Below are positions 63,158-64,000 of a DNA stretch of 64,000 nt, one piece after another. Under the pieces are notes generated by a model. The model was given only the letters and a program-made list of their open reading frames with translations, was not told the DNA's origin and searched no databases. The DNA comes from Candidatus Woesearchaeota archaeon (lineage in GTDB: Archaea > Nanobdellota > Nanobdellia > Woesearchaeales > SM23-78): the NCBI GenBank assembly GCA_016932315.1, contig JAFGDD010000018.1, positions 115,969 to 179,968 on the forward strand, in the 5' to 3' direction. Every line of letters begins with the position of its first letter. Position 1 is the stretch's first letter. The position numbers and the translations under genes are program-made.

Positions 63158-64000
63158 TTAGTTCTGTCCTCTACTCTCCATATTCCTGTGGCCGTAATGA
63201 GCGCGTTGCCTGAAGCGAAATTGATTCCTGTTCCTGAATTCTCTTCTGCCCTGGTTTTCTCTCTCATCTCTCCCGCTCCTGTCATCCCTGCCATCTCTTC
63301 CTCTGAAACCGCCGTGCTGCTGCCTGTTGCCTTGATATCCTCTGCCTTGCCCTCTGAATCCTCTTCCTCTTTCTCCTCTTCCTTGCTGCTTCCATGCGAT
63401 TTGCACTCTTTCGAACTGCGGGAGTTCTTCCATTTCAATATTGAGCGAGCTGTCGCTTTGCACATTCCTGAAATTATCATGGTCCCTGCTCGCGAGGATG
63501 TTGACTGCTTTTCCTTCATGGCCTGCTCTTGCAGTTCTTCCAACGCGGTGTATGTAATCCTTGCTGTTCTTTGGTATGTCATAATTATAGACATGAGAAA
63601 CTCCTTTAATATCAAGTCCTCGTGCTGCTACGTCTGTGCAGACAAGAACAGTTACTTTTTCATTATTGAACTTATCCATTGCCTTGCTCCTTTTTGCTTG
63701 GGAAAAACCGCCATGAATAGCTGTTGCGTCAATACCTAGCTTTCTGAGATTTTTGGTTACAAAGTCAGTGTTGATTCGCGTGTTGCAGAATACCATTATT
63801 AATCCTGCCCTTTCATTCTTCAGCAAATGAACTAACAGCGAGAACTTCATGCTGTCAGGAACATCATAATAAATTTGCTTGAGCTTTGAAGGGTCAACGT
63901 ATGATTCTGCCCTTAAGCTTACTGGCGAATTCATGTACCTCTTTGCAATCTGTATTATCTCTTCGTACATGGTTGCTGAAAACAACAAAGTCTGCCTTTG
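63158..64000 (-). CDS. DEAD-box RNA helicase, C-terminal part with an RG/RGG-rich tail (the 5' end lies beyond the right edge)
   Basis: The frame is open to position 64000 (..QRQTLLFSATM = motif III SAT). ARGLDI and HRVGRTARAG (motif VI) are present. The tail reads RGERGRGFRGQGRGYQGNRQQHGGFRGRDGRDDRSGRDE. Confidence 0.85.
   Translation of the reverse strand, partial: QRQTLLFSATMYEEIIQIAKRYMNSPVSLRAESYVDPSKLKQIYYDVPDSMKFSLLVHLLKNERAGLIMVFCNTRINTDFVTKNLRKLGIDATAIHGGFSQAKRSKAMDKFNNEKVTVLVCTDVAARGLDIKGVSHVYNYDIPKNSKDYIHRVGRTARAGHEGKAVNILASRDHDNFRNVQSDSSLNIEMEELPQFERVQIAWKQQGRGERGRGFRGQGRGYQGNRQQHGGFRGRDGRDDRSGRDERENQGRREFRNRNQFRFRQRAHYGHRNMESRGQN

Noticed and set aside
63151-63615. 154-aa minus-strand ORF overlapping the helicase tail
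   Set aside because: It is an alternative frame of the RG-rich low-complexity region. The helicase frame carries motif VI and the SAT motif, so it is the real one.

Overview
This looks like an archaeal chromosomal fragment. Supporting evidence: GatD/GatE, TruD, a CDC48/VAT-type AAA+ ATPase, NikR with HypACDEF, and a multi-intron tRNA. The style (giant surface proteins, small genome-like packing) is reminiscent of DPANN-type archaea, but taxonomy cannot be proven from this window. I found no rRNA, CRISPR array, transposase or integrase.

Layout:
- 1-13.9 kb: one giant minus-strand ORF of more than 4,620 codons that runs off the left edge. It is absent from the ORF track because it has no in-window stop. 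It encodes a heavily N-x-S/T-studded surface protein built from repeated domains.
- 13.9-24.3 kb: a minus-strand cluster of a wHTH protein, a KaiC-like ATPase, coiled-coil and membrane proteins, a P-loop-less KaiC-like protein and a CheC-like protein. A UbiA-like fusion gene sits on the plus strand.
- 24.4-31.5 kb: NiFe-hydrogenase maturation genes (hypF, nikR, hypA, hypE, hypD, hypC), with no structural hydrogenase gene and no hypB in the window.
- 31.6-43.1 kb: a translationally coupled minus-strand operon RHH-RHH-1031 aa surface protein-1400 aa membrane-anchored HerA/FtsK-like ATPase-1156 aa surface protein.
- 43-64 kb: housekeeping genes (adk, cysteine desulfurase with ArsR, truD, gatE, gatD, cdc48, DEAD-box helicase), plus a tandem-Lrp / two radical-SAM / REC-like locus.

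Most notable observations:
1. A dispersed family of 8 structured palindromic repeats whose stems carry compensatory changes. One copy is inserted in frame inside hypF.
2. The surface-protein / HerA-like ATPase operon is a candidate novel envelope apparatus.
3. A ~60-aa KNDFA-x-W module is shared only by the two ATPases, and the two ATPase genes also share homologous leaders.
4. A tRNA-Arg(CCU) appears to carry three introns.
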